Source of the DNA: the human T2T-CHM13v2.0 reference genome, Homo sapiens
Assembly (NCBI RefSeq): GCF_009914755.1
Contig: NC_060927.1
Length of the DNA stretch: 64,000 nucleotides
Reading direction: 5' to 3' (one strand)
Shown here one piece after another: positions 1 through 12,135 of the stretch. The notes below the pieces were generated by a model. The model was not told the origin of the DNA and did no database searches. It saw only the letters and a list, made by a program, of their open reading frames with translations. Position 1 is the stretch's first letter. Each line of letters opens with the position of its first letter. The position numbers and the translations under genes were made by a program.

Positions 1-208
<208 letters not shown>

Positions 209-212
209 TCAA

Positions 213-223
213 TGCGTGTTTGC

Positions 224-262
<39 letters not shown>
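213..262. repeat. (TG)n microsatellite
   Basis: Pure (TG)16 at 231-262 with a degenerate 5' extension. Confidence 0.97.
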
Positions 263-263
<1 letters not shown>

Positions 264-269
264 CCGGGG

Positions 270-1757
270 GATGTGTTGGCTGAGAGAACACAAAAGCAAC
301 TCAACCCAGTAGCAGTGAACATATCCAATACCCAGATCTTGGTGTCTACACATTATTCTTTAATAAAAGGAACCAGGGTTTCTTGGAGAAGTGGTTAATT
401 CTGGAGTTGGAGCAGGCAAATACAGTAAGCCTGCAACATAATGGTGGAAAATAAGGACGTTCTCAAAAAAAAGAATCAAGATAAGTAAAAAGGACAGAAG
501 AGCCAACCTGAGGGAGTGCACAGTGGCCAAAGCCAAGATCATTTGAGCGGCAAAATGAATACTACTGCTGGATTATGCCCATAGAATAAAATACCCATGA
601 GTCTAACATAAATTAAAAGCTGAATAAATATGTAAATGCAGAATAATTAACTCTTCCTTATAAAAATATTCTAATCAATACATATAGAAGAACTGACGAA
701 AATTCAAAATCACCATTGGACATAAGCCACAGTAACTATTGCAGGCAAAATATACTAATCAATGATAAAATCAGTAGCCCACAGTCTGAAGAGAAACAGG
801 ATACAGGCATAGTTTTGACATACCACCCCAAGATAAATATCCACTACAAACTGAATAACATTAGCATTACAGGGATGAAATCTAGCCTGTATCACCCTAG
901 CCATGCAATCAAGGTTAAGATCTCCAATTAACCTTGAAATAGCAATATCAGGTACTCTTTGATATGATGCATACAGAACACAATATCACCTCTGTGATAT
1001 TGTTATCAACAATACACAAACTCAATATAATCATCAGAAAATATCATGTAAATCCAACTTAAGATAAACCCAGATTAAGAGTTCATCCTTGGAATAACTG
1101 ACCACCTTTTTTCAAAAGTACATAGATCATGAAGGACAAGGAAGGACTGAGGAATTGTGTCAAGTTGGAGGGAGACTGCAGAGGCACAAGAACAGAAGCA
1201 ATATATGATCCTGAATTCATTCCTGGAATAGAAAAGAGATGTTTGAGAAAAACAAAAAACAAAAAAAACCCACAAAGCTGGTGAACTTCTAATAAGGCCT
1301 GTAGCTTACACAAAAGTGATATGGTAATTTTAACTTCTTGGTCTGGATAATTATAGTATGGTATGTAGGTTTTTATTTATTTATTTAATAGAGACAGAGT
1401 CCTCTCTATCACCTAGGCTGAGTTCAGTGGCGTGATTATAGCTCACTGCAGCTTTAAACTCCCGGACTTAGGCCATCCTCCCACCTCAGCCTCCCGAGCA
1501 GCCAGGACTGTAGGCATGTACCACCATGCCTGGCTAATTTTTTATTTTATTTTATTTTGTAGAGATGGTCTCGAACTCTTGGGCTCAAGTTATCCTCCTG
1601 CCTCAGCCTCCCAAAGTGTTGGGAATACAGGCATGAGCCACTGCACTAGCCTGGTTAGTTAAGTTTTTAAAAGCTGACGTAGGGTTAGGTGAACTCCATG
1701 TACTATTTTTGCAATTTTTCTATAAGTTTAAAATTATTTCCAAACTAAACATTAAAA
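270..1757 (+). mobile_element. Ancient L1 3' region (L1MC4-like), interrupted by AluJ
   Basis: Recalled L1MC motifs TGATATGATGCA...AGAACACAATATCACCTCTGTGATATT and GAAGGACTGAGGAATTGT; terminal TGTACTATTTTTGCAATTTTTCTATAAGTTTAAAATTATTTC; 5' boundary approximate. Confidence 0.75.
1370..1651 (-). mobile_element. AluJ with internal deletion
   Basis: ATAGCTCACTGCAGC, CCTCCCACCTCAGCC, GGGCTCAAG diagnostics; about 20 nt missing at GAGATGGTCTCGAAC. Confidence 0.93.
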
Positions 1758-1767
1758 CAAATTGTTT

Positions 1768-1926
1768 TAGTCCTATGACAACACCATGAAATACATAGCA
1801 TCACTCTCTTTTACCAGAGGAGAAAACTGAAGAATAGAGAGGTTAATAAACTTGCCCAAGAGCACCAAGTTAGAACATTCCAGAGCCGACAGTCTGGCTT
1901 CAGAGCTCAAGACCTTGACCGCTGTG
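1768..1926 (-). mobile_element. MIR
   Basis: Core GAAAACTGA...AGAGAGGTTAATAAACTTGCCCAAG and CAGTCTGGCTTCAGAGC. Confidence 0.85.
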
Positions 1927-1953
1927 ATTTGATGTGGTCTGAAGCTCAGCTAA

Positions 1954-2284
<331 letters not shown>

Positions 2285-4446
2285 TACACCTGCTCTTAAT
2301 TGTGTTTTGACATGCTGGGTACTACAACATTACATAAAACATAACCATGGAAAAAGAAGTGAGTACTTTACAATCTTCAATGATATGTGATACAAGAAAA
2401 CTTCATTCTTCTGCAGCAATTGTCCACCAAATACGTAAAACCATGAAATATTAAGTGAGCTCTTACAAAATAACTGAAAGTATTTGCATTCAAAAATGAA
2501 AATGCGTCCATAAGACTTTTATGCTTCATTACTAAAAAAATCATTAATAATAAAATAAATAATGACAGACAGTTACTAATGCAATAAAGTTGCTAAAATG
2601 AGATGGAAAATTACTAATAATGTATTTTATTACATGCAAAGAAGGCTTCAGGTGGCTGTGGTCTGGCTCTGAATTTGTTATAGATAATTAGTAGCTTAGG
2701 TCTTTCTGTATTAAAAGAGGTCCTTTTTATCATCGAAAATTGTTTTTAAAACTGGTAATTCTTTTCAGGAATGCAAGAAACTTAAAGCCTTCCCTCATAT
2801 ATAATCAGCAATCAGAAATAACTTAGTAAAAAAATGTAATTGTTGTCTTCTGTTCAATGTATGTAATTATAAGGTTAAGTAGGTTGTGTATAGCAATTCA
2901 GCCAAAAGAAGCAATCTCTTAATAAATTAAAAACTAGATAAATGTGAATTATGTGAGTATACATTATGATAGTTACAAAATATGATTGAGATTTAAGTTA
3001 AATGAGAGAAGAATATCTCTGAGATTACAGTTTTTTAAACTAGAAAGAAATATCGTTTTTGATGAAGATACGACATCCAAACAAGTAAAATTAGTGCTGA
3101 TTAGAGAGCATGTATTTAATAAGTATATACTGTCCTGCAATAAATGCAAACCTAAGACTGTTGAAAATGTTAAAATATAAAAGCTTCATCTTACTTAATG
3201 TACATTGAAGTCTAACCAGGAAAAAGGAGGATGTGCAAAAGTATGTTTGTGTTATTATTTTGTGCTTTGTTTTAGCTTAATACATAATTTATGTCTACCC
3301 CTGTTTCTGCTCTTAAAATACACTATAGGAAAATGCTATCTGGACATTCTTTAAGCCTTTCTGAAAAGTACTTGTAACAGAAGCCTTTCCATTTAATGGT
3401 TTAAAAAAAAAGTAAATAGAATTTATGGCTGTCCTGGGCCCAATTAAATTTCCATTCAAACTTGTCCTGACTGGAAAATAAATTGCCTATGGATTCTGAA
3501 TAAGGGGTTTGCACACTTGGAGAAAAAAAAAAGAGTACATCTGTGGAGAACTATGATTTATGAAAGTATTGATTTCTATGTTAAATAATGAATTAGATGT
3601 CCTACCACAATATTATTTATCAAACTTTTTTGTCATATAATTAAATTGTCACATAATGGATTGTACCCATATAGAGTCATTAAATATTAAAAACTACATG
3701 TGACACTACTCACCTTATCTTTGGCTAACAACACATTTCCTCTATTCTTTTCTATTAAGGTCAATAAGGGCAGGCACTATCTTCACTATCAATGCTTACA
3801 GCCCTTGCTTACCAAGGCTGCAGTAGCCCTGAGCACATTCCCTTAGCTTCTGCAGGAAAACCCTGCCATGACTGAAACTATCCACATTTGAAAAGCAAGT
3901 GGTGTTAAAAAAAAATTCATTCAATTCAAGACAACTCAACAAATGAGCATAAGGGGTAAAAAAGCCTATAAACAAACAAAAATATGCTTAGACATATTAA
4001 AACGAGATTTGCATTTGACCAGTCTCACCCATGTCAATCACTCCTGATTTTTCCCTGGAACCTCTGCCACAGCTCTATCTTGCGCTGGGCCCTCTGGGTT
4101 CTTTTTTTCAGTGTACCTTGCCCTCCATATATTATAACTACAGCCACTCACAAAGCATCACCAGCTACATAAATGTATTTCTGCCTTCTCCTGATCACGA
4201 ATTCATATTCCCACTTGCACTGACCTTCCCGTAGGACTAACTTGAAGTCTTCACCATAATTAATACTTTTGGTGGCCACATAATCCATCTTCACTCCCTC
4301 CCACCCTACAAATGTAATAGATGCTTGTTTCTCTGCATTTGACATTCAAGAGCTGACATTGTTTTGGAAGTGAATTCCTGTATCCCATTAACCACATCCA
4401 CAGCTGTATAGGGTAGTTTTGTGTGGACTGGGAGATGCTGAGGCAG

Positions 4447-4710
4447 TTAATAATAATAAAAGCTTACATTAATTGTATGCTTACTATATGTCAGGCATTA
4501 CGCTAAACTTTTTACATGCATTATCTTAATCATTATGACAACCCTATGAAATGGGCACTCAGAATTTTCTTGTTCCATTTATGAGCAAACTGCCAATTAA
4601 AGAGGATTCGTCATATTTTAAGGGCACAATGCCAGGAAATTACAGCAAGAAATCAAAAATCAAATATGTCTGTTTTGGGAATCAATGTGTACAGGCTCTG
4701 TGCTCCATTG
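4447..4710 (-). mobile_element. MIR (diverged)
   Basis: TGCTTACTATATGTCAGGCA...TACATGCATTATCT...ACAACCCTATGA. Confidence 0.8.
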
Positions 4711-6030
4711 CTTCTCCATGAATAGGTGAAAAGAAAAACTAAGGTCCACAGGTAATTCTTATTCTGCAATCTTTGTAATGGGTTGGTAATTTATTTTAAA
4801 ATCCAATAATTCTGTGGTCATGAATTATCTCTGCTGCTATTTTAAGACCTAAAATGTTTCTCTTTTATTAAAGAATGAGGGGATTTCAAAAAGCTTGTAC
4901 TTCCCATAGTGCTTCTTTGTAGAATCCTATTCTAACCTATTTTATTACAGATGAATTGGAAACAGAAATAAAAATGTTTATCTCCGTAGGCTGTAGAATA
5001 TATGAACTTAAGTTCTTAGGCCCAGCTGAACTTGTTCTGCCTAAAGAGCAGTACTTTTTGTTCAGAGAACTGAGAGGATATCGAAAATCAGCAAAGCATT
5101 TTGGGAAGCTAAACAAGAGCGAAACACAGTCCTTCCCTTTCAGAATTTTTCCAGTCTATATGAATGTAAGTGTTATAAGGAAAGTAATATAGTGAACTCT
5201 TAGTCTAGACAGAGAGAGAGAGAATAAGAGAGTGGGCAGGGAGGGAGAGGACTGTTATCTGAGGATTTCAGGACAGACTTCATGGAAGAAGTAGTTTTAG
5301 AGAATTTGAAAAAGATGTTGGCGACTAAAGGCATTCAAAAATTTTTGGAGTAAATGAATGGGTAAAAGAATGAGAAAATTTGACTTTATAGATAAGGAAA
5401 GAGAGAAATTCAGGAGAGAAAAGAACTTAAAGTCAGAAACAATAAAAGGCTTACAATTACTTTCAACAATTACTACAGTATGTATTTTTTATTCCTTCCT
5501 GCATTTATTCACAAGTCATGTATTGTGTACAAGGAGCTGTCCATTGTATAGAGAAGAAAAGCAAAAAAAGACACTGTGTCTTGTTTGTATTTAAGTGGTT
5601 TGATTTGAAGAGTATTCAAGGCTTGGGCATAAAAAAGGTGAGTTGGGCTTGGGTCAGAGAGTCTGAAATGCTGGGCTAAGTGTTCGAGACGTGATTCCTC
5701 AGGTAATTGAGATTCTTTCACAACTTTAGGAAGAAGAATGAGATGATCAATTTAGAGTCAATTGGTGCTAAGTTTTATATCAGGTTAAAGAGGAGTTGTA
5801 AGACTGGAGTTTTCATGGCTTTGGAGATACCCTTGTAGTCCTGGGAAAGCCTGAGTTGCTGAGCTAGGAAGAAGGAGGCTAAGTGGAAAGGATTTCTTGT
5901 CTGTGGAAGAGTGACGGGAAAGAAAGCCAACGCCGATGCAGAAAGAAGATGCCGAAAAGAAGGTTACTGAGAGTTTGCTTGTAGAAGTTTCAGATTTTCT
6001 GAGGATATGGAATAGATGGGCCATTGATTG

Positions 6031-6275
6031 GTACAGCTTGTGGCTGAAGCACAGTTGTGAAGTCTAACAATCCCAACAAGAATCTCAACACCTTCCACTC
6101 ACAAGCTCCAGACCACAGAGCTACTTAATTTCTGTAAGCCTTGTTCTCTCATTCATGAAATGTGAATAATAAATATTATTAACCTCTTGGTAATAGTGCA
6201 AAGATTAAATATGAATATGCAATTAAAGTATTTAGCACAATTCCTAACACAGAGTAAACGCTGAAAAAATATTGA
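6031..6275 (+). mobile_element. MIR (diverged)
   Basis: TACTTAATTTCTGTAAGCCT...GAAATGTGAATAATAA...AAGATTAAAT...TTTAGCACAATTCCTAACACAGAGTAAACGCT. Confidence 0.8.
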
Positions 6276-6389
6276 AAGTTTCCATGATATACATGTAGAC
6301 ACAGCAATAAGAGTTAAGTTGCTTTGCTGACGTCTTTACCTCTGCCAAGAAGTCACTCTGAAAGTTATGGATGGGCCATAATGATGGTT

Positions 6390-7132
6390 TGTCTAAGGCA
6401 CCAAACAGGATGCAATAATCACAGCAATTATTTAAATAGAGATATTTTAATATTTAAAAAACTGTTAACTAGATAAAAAGTTGTTGACTAGGTAACTGAA
6501 AAGACATGATAGTAAGAGTACCACAGTTACTATCAGAACTAGCAATTCAGTAAGTCATCACCACCCCTATGGCTGGGGGAACAAAGGGAAGAGGCTGGCC
6601 TTATTAAGACTTAGAAGCCTGGAAATGTTAGAACTCAGACCTCAGAAAAGGGCACACGCTTGCCTAGGACTAGAGACTCTGACCTTGAAAAAGGGGAGGG
6701 CCCTATGACGCAGAGAACTCAGAGGAGGCTGCGTTGCTCGTCTTGTTCTGGTGTTTCTTAGGTCAGAGTAGGGGTCGCATGGGGTGGGACCCAGATCTCC
6801 GTGGTGGGTGAGCTACAAGTCTGGGCTAGTGTCTCTGAGGGGGGCTATGATGTAGCTAGCTCTGCAAGTGCAGGGGGGAAATGCAAACTGGATTCCACTG
6901 CTGCTACAAGAAATTTCCGTGGTTCAAATGAAGAAGTTCCCAAGAATTGTACAGACAAAGCCCTTCCTCCTCTAGCCTTTCAGTCTCCCACTAGTGCCCC
7001 CTATCGGCAGAGCCTAAGAGATAGGAGAGGACAAAGCAGAAACGGGGCGAGCCGAGCTGCAGTTCAAACGTCACAAAGCCGGATATGGAAAGTTGTGCCT
7101 GGGCTGAGAAACACTGGCTTATCATCTGGACA
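6390..7132 (-). mobile_element. LTR41-like ERVL solo LTR
   Basis: ACCACCCCTATGGCTGGGGGAACAAAGGGAAGAGG, TGCAAACTGGATTCCACTGCTGCTAC and CAGTCTCCCACTAGTGCCCCCTATCGGCAGAGCCTAA match the recalled LTR41 consensus; TG...CA ends. Confidence 0.85.
6992..7010 (-). promoter_or_regulatory. CTCF-like motif within LTR41
   Basis: Minus strand CTGCCGATAGGGGGCACTA versus CTCF core CCASYAGRKGGCRC; motif only, binding unknown. Confidence 0.55.
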
Positions 7133-8047
7133 AAAGTAAAAGAAAGAAAAAATTGAAAATGGTTAAAATCTTTTAAAAATCCCAAAATACCTTCTCAATT
7201 AAACACAGGAGTTAGGATGAATTTTAATATAACCTTGAGGCAAAAATGGTGAAGCTGTGTATGATTGCGGACTTAATGGCTGTAATTTTTTTTATTAATG
7301 CACTGTGCACGTGGACAGGATTTTGGTAATCAAGGTTGTGGGAGGTGAAAAGAATCGCCTGTCTGGGGAGGACATGAGGCAGACTAAAAAGGGAAGAATA
7401 CAGTAATTGTCAGAGGAAAAAAAAATGGGGGAAAGAAGATCTAGGTAAAAGTTACGTTGAAATATTTTTTCTGTGGGCTGTAAAGTAAATGTGGGGGAAA
7501 AACAAAAATCATAAATATTTTCAGAATGAGATTGTGGATGTGTATTTATGAATTTATTTCCTCATGACATTAGCACGAAAGACAGCCTTGGGTTACAGCA
7601 AGGCCAGCCATAAAACATACAGTTAAAATTGGGATAGAAATATTAAAACCCTATCTAATTATTTTTAAATTCTCGTATTATTTTTTAATTCTTATATTCT
7701 TTTTTTTAAAATTCTCATATTATTGTGATAGCATGTTTTTGGGATATTAGTGTACATTGTTGCTTATTTCTATAACACATAGTAATCTATTAAAATAAAT
7801 GACCCATTCTACTAAAAATAGTGGAAAACAAAATAAACATGCAATTCAATTAGATGAGGAAAATCTGAAGCATTAAAAATAAATCTTTTGATGCTGTGAA
7901 AAAGATATAAATTTTCCTATGAGTCTATAAGCATATAAAAACTTTAAAAATTTGAAGTAAGATGTTAGAAAGTAGGTATATGGAATACTTAAAAGTAAAT
8001 GACACATAGAAAATTATTTTAAAGTTAAGAAGCCCAAAGAAAAACAA

Positions 8048-8410
8048 AAACAAAATGCAATGCACGATCTTTGATTCAATCTTGGATCAAAGAACATTGA
8101 AGGCTACTACAATGATTATCTAGGGTGGCCTGAATGTGGGCTGTCTATTCAATAATAGCATTATATCAATTCTAAATATTCTGAGTATGATAACTGTATT
8201 GTGATTATATAGGAAAATGCTGCCATATTTAGAGTAAACTGACATGATGTTTTCAACATACTACCAAAACTTTCAGAGAATAAGTAAATCATAAATAAAT
8301 AGATATATGAGGTCAGGTATCAATGATTGACGAAGGGTATATGAGTATCCACTGTACTATTCTTACAATTTCACTTTGGGTTTGAAATATTTCAAAATTT
8401 AAAAATTAAA
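8048..8410 (+). mobile_element. Ancient L1 3' end (L1MC5/L1ME-like)
   Basis: AATAATAGCATTATATCAAT...TGATAACTGTATTGTGATTATATAGGAAAATG...GAAGGGTATATGAGTATCCACTGTACTATTCTT...TTTGAAATATTTCAAAAT. Confidence 0.8.
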
Positions 8411-10641
8411 GAATAAATATCTTATAATAAGACTAGTTGATGGCTTTTTAAGAAACTTAAGTGCAATAATTCTCATAATTTGTTTATAAAATTCAAATGT
8501 TATGAAATTTAAAATTTTTTATTTGTAAAATTAAAGTTTATATTCTCACTAATCTCATCTTAGTCACAAAATAAGGATGTCGGTGTACAACTATTTTATG
8601 CTGCCTCTAAGTCAAATATTTTGTCATCATATGTGAGTTTAATGATGCAGTACGTCAGGAAATGGAATCTCTTTCAGATATTGACTTGATTTCAAATCCA
8701 GTATAGTAGGAAGATGATGTGAATGATTAGTATTCTCAGAGGTGGTTTTTTTAATCAGAAAATAACTTTGGAAGCAGAAAAATGTGGCTCAATTTCTAGA
8801 AAATATTTTGGGGGTCTTTGTGTCTTAGTTTTGTTTTGTTACAACTCAACCAATTCTAGTTTTTTAAATTATTCTATTATATCATGAATTAGCCATGTTC
8901 AGAAACTGCGTTTCTTTGGGCCAGCAGAGTGCTATGTTGTCCTACAGATTAATACTTCACACACTGCTACTCCAGCGATTTCAGAATAAACTTAATTTAT
9001 TTAATCACCAAGAGAATTATGCTATGGAAGAATACAGCTCCAGACATAACACAAGAGAATGTGTTGATTCAGGTGTTGTTGCTGGTTTTTTTAGAGAATC
9101 TGAGTGTCAATATTTCACATTCCTAAAACAATTAACTGGTTTATAACTCAACTTAAAACTCACTCAATCTTTTCTAAAATAAGAAGTTAAAAATTTATTA
9201 GGTTTAAAAGGAGGTGAGAATTTTATCCAGTGACCTTCACTGGTCATTCAAAAAAATTTTTATATGGAGAGATGTTTAGAAATACAAGTTTAAAATATAA
9301 GTTACTTGAGAAATACTATTGTGTTGACTAATATTGAATCAATGAACTATGCTTGAAAACTATTTTTGAAACATTTACATTAAAAGAACAGTTGGATATG
9401 AATAGGTATCAGGGTTAGAAGTCACATTTGTTCTATGGAAGAAAGAACAAAAAAGAAGAGAAAAGGCACGACTCTTATAAAACCATATTAACAAACTGTT
9501 TAAAAATCCATGAATAGTAATATTATAGCATTGATGATTAAAACTAGTTTTCAGATCATATATTGTTATTATTACCTTTTGAAGAGTTATTTAAATCGTG
9601 AATATTCCTCTGAAGGAATAAAAAGTCTTTTAGGTAGCTATCTTGTATTTAATCTAACATGCCAACAAACGTATTACCCACCATATTTCAACCTTCTCAC
9701 CCATTCATCCCTTTCCAACACAACCTTATTCCCAGAGAAAGAAACATATTCAAAAAGAAGCTGAGGTAAAACAAAAACTAAAACAAAATAAACAAGCTAG
9801 GAATAAAGAGAAAAAAGGAACACAAAAAATAAAAAACTGAAACCAAAGAAAACTCACTAAAAATAAGTGTTGGCTACACGGTACACTAATACAATGACCG
9901 CCTGTTTGTACCTCACCTTGTTTAAAGGTAGAACATTGCATCACTTTGGGAGGAGACAGCGTGCCTTCGTTCTTTCCCTTCCTTTCCCTTCCCTTTTCTC
10001 AGAGCTAATTACTAGGCTATTTTCTGTGTAGCATTCTCTGGCTTTGCTTTATAGTTTTACCAAATAAGTTTCTTAATACTGAGTGCTAACCAGGGAGTTT
10101 GTTCCTTCTTTCTCTTTTTTTTTTTATTTTTTTCTTTATTTTCTGTTGTGAGGGAAAATGTTTCTATTCTTACTGAAGTGATTCTAAGCTCTGTTTGCTG
10201 ATAATTAACAGGTGAAAGTTCTTGACAGTTTTGCAACGTGAAGGTACAAGCAGGTAGCAGTTATTTCCAAGTCATCACATTTTCCTCACATAAATTCTAT
10301 TTTTACCACAAACATTCTAAGCATGGGGCTGAGTGTGGTGGCTTCAAACTGTGTCTAAGCAGAATTCTGGAATAGAAATAATCCCTGAAATGCAAGCATT
10401 TTTCAAGCTCTAAAGATGCTCAGATATCACGTAGGAAATAGCATAGCAGGAGTACTGAGATTATTTTGAATTTCAAGAAAATACAGGAAAGGATTAAACC
10501 TTAAGACGTTAATAGTAGCTAAAGTGTAGTAAAAACATGCACATTAACTTGATCATAAATTTAACTGTTAAAAGACCTTTGCTAAACAAAGTTAATTTGT
10601 GGTCGTCTGTATATTTCCACCATTACAAAGTCTAAATCAAT

Positions 10642-11020
10642 TTTATTAGTCAGAAGCCTTACTTTACTTGCAAAGAGTGAAAAACCCACCTCAAATGGCT
10701 TAAGTGGGCAAGGAAGAGGAGGGGTTGAAGTTTCCCATAATTGCCAGTTGAAAAGCATGATGATTTTCAGGCATGTATGCATTCAGGCACTCAAAACCTC
10801 AGGGGTCTGTATCTGTCCATCTCTCAACTCAACTTCTCTGTCATCTTTAGGGAGAATTCTTCCTCATCGCGGCCAGGATGACTCCCAGAAGTTCCAGGGT
10901 TCTAGCTCTAAGCGTCCGAAGGTGGTGATCCACTGGTGGATCACCCACCCTTCCAACCATTGTTGTCCCTGTGAGGTATTCTAAGCTTGGCCAGGCCAGG
11001 CTCATGCCCTCCTCCTAGGA
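10642..11020 (-). mobile_element. Old ERVL-type LTR (LTR33-like)
   Basis: TTGCAAAGAGTGAAAAACCCACCTCAAATGGCTTAAG, TTCAGGCATGTATGCATTCAGGCACTCAAA, TTGGCCAGGCCAGGGCTCATGCCC. Confidence 0.6.
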
Positions 11021-11125
11021 TACTGCAAATCTCACAAGTGCAAGGACTCTGTCTTATATGTTTTTGTGAACTCAGAGTGTAGCATACATAAAAGTCACTT
11101 AATTTATATTTGCTGAGTGAATTAT
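11021..11125 (+). mobile_element. L2 3' terminus
   Basis: GCAAGGACTCTGTCTTAT...CACTTAATTTATATTTGCTGAGTGAAT. Confidence 0.65.
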
Positions 11126-11894
11126 CTTAAGTTTATTATCTTAATTTATACATGCATTAAATGAGAGAGATGACTAGTAGCTCAATGTATATGTAAAGAG
11201 TGGCCCTCCAGCCCTACTGATGCACTATTATTGCTTGCATTTGACATTAAAAAAAAAAAGAATTGAAAAATTATGGGGAGAAAGTGAAAAACTACTTGAA
11301 TAATTAAATGTGAAAACTAGTTACACTTTAAAAATATGCCTTTAAAAAATTATTTTATTCCTTCCATCTCCCCCTTTTAACTACTTTGCTATTCACATAT
11401 GCAAGGACTTGCCTTTCTTTCTGTGTGGCTTCTAGCTACCCTTGGACCTCATAGAAGTGTATTGGTCCTTGTTCTTAGCTCTCAGCTTTTGCCCCTCTCT
11501 TGCTCACAAGTGTACCTCACTCTCTCAAACTATTGTTTGATCTCAAACAAGTACCTCCCCTTCCTTGCTAGGTCCAGCCTTTTCTGGAGGAGATGGTTCT
11601 GATACCTTTGTCTTACCAAATGGAGGATGTCGCTCCCTGCAGGATATCTTACAGACCAGCAGCAAGAAAATTAACTGCAGCAGTGGAAAAAATATGACTG
11701 TAGATGGGACTTCAAAGCAGCTTAATTTCCAACAAATTAGCCATTAGTAAAAGACTATGCTCTCATTAGGAGACCAAAGGCTAACTCAGAATTACTAGTC
11801 AGCCATGATTTTATCTTCTTCTGACCAATTTTAATCACTTCTATCAGAGGTAGTAGCTGTACCCACAAATGAGGTGGATAATTAAAATTATAGT

Positions 11895-12135
11895 ATGTAC
11901 CATTATCTGAGGATTATTATGTACTAGGCATCTTGCTAAGTACTTTATGTGCATTGTTAAATTTCTGTGACAAGATGGTTAGTTGGTATTAACAATCCCA
12001 CTTTATAGATGCAAAAGCTGTATTAAAATGTTGCACAACTTACTTGAGCTCACTCATTTTATAAGGGAAAAGCTGAGATTTGAATCCAGCTCTCTGGACA
12101 CCACATTCTGTCCTCTTTACCTTTGTGCTATACTC
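11895..12135 (-). mobile_element. MIR
   Basis: TATGTACTAGGCATCTTGCTAAGTACTTTA...ATCCCACTTTATAGATG...GCTGAGATTTGAATCCAG. Confidence 0.85.

Noticed and set aside
6801-7139. 112-aa GC-rich ORF
   Set aside because: Lies within LTR41, starts at GTG, and has no recognisable domain
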